From: an uncultured Pseudomonadota bacterium
GTDB lineage: Bacteria > BMS3Abin14
DNA length: 36,214 nucleotides
Assembly: GCA_964454175.1 (NCBI GenBank)
Contig: CAYVSA010000014.1
Location: forward strand, 1-36,214
Reading direction: 5' to 3'
The translations under genes were made by a program, and so were the position numbers. Positions 36,117 to 36,214 of this stretch are shown here, piece by piece; the first letter of the stretch is position 1; every line of letters starts with the position of its first letter. Under the pieces are notes generated by a model, which saw nothing but the letters and a program-made list of their open reading frames with translations, did no database searches and had not been told where the DNA came from.

Positions 36117-36214
36117 CTACTCAATACGGACCCTGATTGTCCGGAAACGCTCAACCCTCACCTGTCCGGGTTTGCCTCCCTTGATCTTCCTGACCCATTT
36201 TCTTTGAGTGACCA
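36117..36214 (-). CDS. 3' end (partial) of an NFACT/RqcH (FbpA-like) protein
   Basis: Minus strand reads VTQRKWVRKIKGGKPGQVRVERFRTIRVRIE*, matching the NFACT C-terminal T..K.V.K..G.KPG.V pattern; not in the ORF track. Confidence 0.7.
   Translation of the reverse strand, partial: VTQRKWVRKIKGGKPGQVRVERFRTIRVRIE

Overview
Bacterial genomic window, most likely from a Gram-negative deltaproteobacterium-like organism (inferred from the outer-membrane secretin, sigma54 pilin promoter, multiheme cytochrome and selenoprotein). Block 1 (~0.7-13.1 kb, +) is a complete de novo pyrimidine operon, pyrR-pyrB-pyrC-carA-carB-[transglutaminase-like]-pyrK-pyrD-pyrF-[single-domain receiver]-pyrE, headed by a sigma70 promoter and a PyrR-binding attenuator. 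Block 2 (~13.1-31.9 kb, +) is a large MSHA-like type IV pilus/T2SS locus. It opens with an unusual, apparently co-transcribed signalling module (small MerR-HTH, pseudo-REC-GAF-GAF-HD-GYP phosphodiesterase, TM-HAMP protein, tetraheme cytochrome c, second TM-HAMP protein). This is followed by an MshEN-bearing PilB/MshE ATPase, PilC, a sigma54-driven major pilin, five minor pilins, a multi-Ig adhesin, an ExeA/MshM-like ATPase, a TPR protein and PilMNO-(P/MshK)-Q. Block 3 (~32-36.2 kb) holds a methyltransferase, a thioesterase, a CDF transporter, a DUF3179 gene split by an in-frame UGA that is followed by a bacterial SECIS-like hairpin (selenoprotein), a repeat- and structure-rich intergenic region with a candidate four-way-junction RNA, and the 3' end of an NFACT/RqcH-like gene. 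Degenerate 7-bp tandem arrays fill many intergenic gaps. All family calls come from reading motifs by eye; no database searches were run.
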